Shown here one piece after another: positions 61,072 to 64,000 of a stretch of 64,000 bases of DNA. The notes below the pieces were generated by a model. The model was not told the DNA's origin. It was given only the letters and a program-made list of their open reading frames with translations, and did not search any database. How positions within the stretch are numbered: position 1 is the stretch's first letter; the number at the start of each line of letters is the position of its first letter. The DNA is from an uncultured delta proteobacterium. Its GTDB lineage: Bacteria > Myxococcota_A > Polyangia > Polyangiales > Polyangiaceae. The position numbers were made by a program, and so were the translations under genes. The DNA is taken from positions 1,856,001-1,920,000 of the forward strand of contig CAWKKR010000008.1 of assembly GCA_963850305.1 (NCBI GenBank), given 5' to 3'.

Positions 61072-62448
61072 ATGAAGACTTGGATTTCCATTGGGTCAGC
61101 TTTGGTCGCCGTCGCATTGGGCGGCTGTAAGGGCACGAACGGCGAAAACACGCCGATGCCGACCCTGAGCGCAGAAGCAGTCCCGGCCTCCGCGAGTGCG
61201 GCGCCGGCGCCGGCCGCCGGTCCCAAGGACACCGGGCCAATCAAGATCGGCATCCTCCATTCGCTCTCGGGCACCATGGCGATCAGCGAGACGTCGTTGA
61301 AGGACGTCGCCCTGATGACGATCGAGGAGATCAACAAGAACGGTGGCGTTCTCGGGCGTCAGCTCGAACCCGTCGTCGTGGACCCGGCTTCGAACTGGCC
61401 GCTCTTCGCGGAGAAGGCACGAGAGCTCCTTCAACAAGGTGTGGCCGTCGTGTTCGGTTGCTGGACGAGCGTTTCGAGGAAGAGCGTGCTGCCGGTGTTC
61501 GAAGAGATGAACGGGCTCCTCTTTTACCCCGTCCAGTACGAGGGTGAAGAATCCTCTTACAACGTATTTTACACCGGCGCTGCTCCGAATCAGCAGGCAA
61601 TTCCCGCGGTCGAATATCTGATGAGCAAGGCGGGGGGCGGAGCGAAGCGCTGGGTCCTCCTCGGAACGGATTACGTGTACCCGCGCACGACGAACAAGAT
61701 CCTTCGGTACTTCCTGAAGAGCAAGAACGTCGCCGATGCGGACATAATGGAGAAGTACACCCCGTTCGGGCACAGCGACTATCAAACGATCGTCTCGGAC
61801 ATCAAGAAGTTCGCGGCCGGAACGCCCACTGCCGTCGTGTCGACCATCAACGGTGATTCGAACGTGCCCTTCTACAAGGAGCTGGCGAACCAAGGCCTGA
61901 AGGCCTCCGACATTCCGGTGGTCGCGTTCTCGGTCGGTGAGGAAGAACTTCGCGGCATCGACACGAAGCCGCTCGAAGGACACCTTGCGGCGTGGAACTA
62001 CTTCATGTCGATCAAGAACCCGACGAACGACGCTTTCATCAAGGAATGGAAGGACTACGTGAAGGAGAAGAACCTCCCGGGCGGCGACGCCCGCGTGACG
62101 AACGATCCCATGGAAGCCACGTACATCGGCATGCACATGTGGAAGCAGGCCGTCGACCAGGCAGGCACGACGAACGTCGACGCGGTTCGTCAGGCGGTTG
62201 CCGGGCAGCACTTCAAGGCGCCGGACGGCTTCGACATCGAGATGGACACGAAGAATCATCATCTCCACAAGCCCGTCTATATCGGTGAGATCCGTACGGG
62301 CGGTCAGTTCCAGATCGTGTGGAAGACGGATGGCCCCATCCGGGCCGATCCGTGGAGCCCCTTCGTTCCCGACAGCGCCAAGAAGGTTGCTGATTGGACC
62401 TTCCCGTGGGTGTGTGGCAACTGCACGGAGGCGAAGTACAAGGATTGA
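61072..62448 (+). CDS. urtA: Urea ABC transporter substrate-binding lipoprotein
   Basis: AAGGAG RBS; GILHSLSGTMAISE, FGCWTSVSRKSVLPV, YPVQYEG, GTDYVYPRTTN, NDPMEA.Y, NHHLHKP. Confidence 0.95.
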   Translation: MKTWISIGSALVAVALGGCKGTNGENTPMPTLSAEAVPASASAAPAPAAGPKDTGPIKIGILHSLSGTMAISETSLKDVALMTIEEINKNGGVLGRQLEPVVVDPASNWPLFAEKARELLQQGVAVVFGCWTSVSRKSVLPVFEEMNGLLFYPVQYEGEESSYNVFYTGAAPNQQAIPAVEYLMSKAGGGAKRWVLLGTDYVYPRTTNKILRYFLKSKNVADADIMEKYTPFGHSDYQTIVSDIKKFAAGTPTAVVSTINGDSNVPFYKELANQGLKASDIPVVAFSVGEEELRGIDTKPLEGHLAAWNYFMSIKNPTNDAFIKEWKDYVKEKNLPGGDARVTNDPMEATYIGMHMWKQAVDQAGTTNVDAVRQAVAGQHFKAPDGFDIEMDTKNHHLHKPVYIGEIRTGGQFQIVWKTDGPIRADPWSPFVPDSAKKVADWTFPWVCGNCTEAKYKD

Positions 62449-62522
62449 AAAGGGTTGCGGCGCGGGCGGCTCTCTCCTGCGAGACTCGTCCGCGCCGCGC
62501 GTCTGGCGCACGAGGTTTCGTC

Positions 62523-64000
62523 ATGAAACGCGCTTCGTCTCCGACATCGGGTCCCTCGCTCTTCCCGCGCCTGGTTATCGCGCTCCTGGTAGCGTCATGC
62601 CTCACGTTCGTGCCGCGAGGGGCGCATGCGGCGGCCTTCGAGAGCGCGGTGCGCGGCCTCGCGTCACACGACATGGATCAGGTGACGAAGGCTGTCCAGA
62701 TACTGGGCGGGCTCGGAGATCCTCGCGCACTGGTGGTCTTGCAAGCACTCGACTCGGACGAGTTGCGGGTCGCTGCCGACGGCGGAGTGTACATCCAGGA
62801 CGGTTCCACGCTGCGCGATGCGGTAACGGGACACCCCGCGAAGCCGACCGCCGTCGATTCACCCATAGTCGACAACGAGATCCGGCGCGCGCTTGAGCCC
62901 GCTCTGTCCGCGCTCAAGCTCGGTTCACCCGACGTGGCAGTACGACGAGCCGCCGCCGTCGACATCGCAAAGCGCCCGGAAGATGGCCTCGTGCCCATCG
63001 TCAAGAAAGCACTCGCGACCGAGACGGACAAGGAGATCCGGGCGATGCTCGGGCTCTCGCTGGCCCAGGTCGATCTGGAGAGCAAGGATTCGGGGCGTCG
63101 TCTCGCGGCCGTGAAGACGGTGGAAGACGTCGGGGGCGTCCAACTGAAGGGCGAGATCGAAAGGCTCACCGACAAGAATTCCGACGGTAGCTTCGTGGAG
63201 CCGGACCCAGCAGTTCGCGCTGCCGCAATCTCCGCGCTCAAGTCGATCAACCGACGGATCATGATGATCAGCGCCGTTGCCGACCTGTTCTACGGGCTCA
63301 GCCTTGGCAGCGTGCTCCTCCTTGCGGCGCTCGGCCTCGCGATCACGTTCGGGCTGATGGGCGTGATCAACATGGCTCACGGAGAGATGTTGATGATCGG
63401 CGCGTATACGACCTACGTCGTTCAGAATCTCTTCATCAAGTACTCGCCTGCGCTCCTGAACTGGTATCTCGTGCTCGCCATTCCGGCGGCGTTCGTCGTG
63501 TGTCTCGTCGTGGGAATGGTGCTCGAGCGAGGGGTCATTCGCTTCCTCTATGGGCGCCCGCTCGAGACGCTGCTCGCGACGTGGGGCATCAGTCTCGTTC
63601 TGATTCAGACCGTTCGAGTCCTCTTCGGAGCTCAGAACGTCACCGTCGCAAACCCGGATTGGTTGTCCGGAGGGTGGGAACTGCTCCCGAATGTCGTGCT
63701 GCCTTACAGTCGGATCGCCGTCATCGGTTTCGCCGTGCTCGTCGTCACGTTCGTTTCACTTCTCTTGACCCGAACTCGGCTCGGTCTCGACGTCCGCGCG
63801 GTCACTCAGAATCGTGAGATGGCCGCCGCAATGGGGATCCCAACCCGTCGAGTGGACACCTGGACGTTCGGTCTCGGTTCAGCGGTCGCCGGACTCGGGG
63901 GCGTCGCCCTGTCCCAGCTCGGCAACGTCGGACCCGAACTCGGCCAGTCCTACATCATCGACTCGTTCATGGTGGTGGTGCTCGGCGGCGTCGGGAAGCT
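62523..64000 (+). CDS. urtB: Urea ABC transporter permease UrtB (partial, runs off right edge)
   Basis: Signal peptide, HEAT-like periplasmic part, then GLSLGSVLLLAALGLAITFGLMGVINMAHGE, RPLETLLATWG, RAVTQNR. Confidence 0.93.
   Translation, partial: MKRASSPTSGPSLFPRLVIALLVASCLTFVPRGAHAAAFESAVRGLASHDMDQVTKAVQILGGLGDPRALVVLQALDSDELRVAADGGVYIQDGSTLRDAVTGHPAKPTAVDSPIVDNEIRRALEPALSALKLGSPDVAVRRAAAVDIAKRPEDGLVPIVKKALATETDKEIRAMLGLSLAQVDLESKDSGRRLAAVKTVEDVGGVQLKGEIERLTDKNSDGSFVEPDPAVRAAAISALKSINRRIMMISAVADLFYGLSLGSVLLLAALGLAITFGLMGVINMAHGEMLMIGAYTTYVVQNLFIKYSPALLNWYLVLAIPAAFVVCLVVGMVLERGVIRFLYGRPLETLLATWGISLVLIQTVRVLFGAQNVTVANPDWLSGGWELLPNVVLPYSRIAVIGFAVLVVTFVSLLLTRTRLGLDVRAVTQNREMAAAMGIPTRRVDTWTFGLGSAVAGLGGVALSQLGNVGPELGQSYIIDSFMVVVLGGVGK

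Noticed and set aside
62523..63260. Novel HEAT-like domain fused to a permease
   Set aside because: Long periplasmic N-terminal extensions are a known feature of many UrtB proteins

Overview
GC-rich bacterial DNA with a Myxococcota (Polyangiaceae-like) gene repertoire: AgmX/PglI-type TonB-C protein, PEGA proteins, a Cys-rich-repeat/fibro-slime lipoprotein and a Hanks-type kinase ending in DFGY. The left part (1-19.2 kb) holds dedA-kup, envelope genes and a GldAFG-like ABC operon with DUF4340. The right end holds urtA-urtB (urea ABC). Between them (19.7-60.8 kb) lies a ~41 kb mosaic glycan-modification island with about nine GT-C-type membrane glycosyltransferases, a polyprenol-phosphate sugar synthase and a GT2. 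It also has acyl-, sulfo- (x2), methyl-, amino- and carbamoyl-transferases (with SxtJ/SxtK-like partners), SGNH hydrolases, an HprK-like kinase and an ABC exporter. The most unusual members are three paralogous ~500 aa Pol-beta-superfamily nucleotidyltransferases with a degenerate second lobe. The island is bordered on the left by a 21-bp tandem array, and a 116-bp REP/MITE-like tandem element sits at 17.6-17.9 kb. At least seven single-base frameshifts are present; four fall in plus-strand TCGAATC and are repaired by reading TCGATC, which suggests motif-linked (possibly methylation-linked) sequencing errors rather than pseudogenes. All family calls come from motif recognition by eye; no database search was run.
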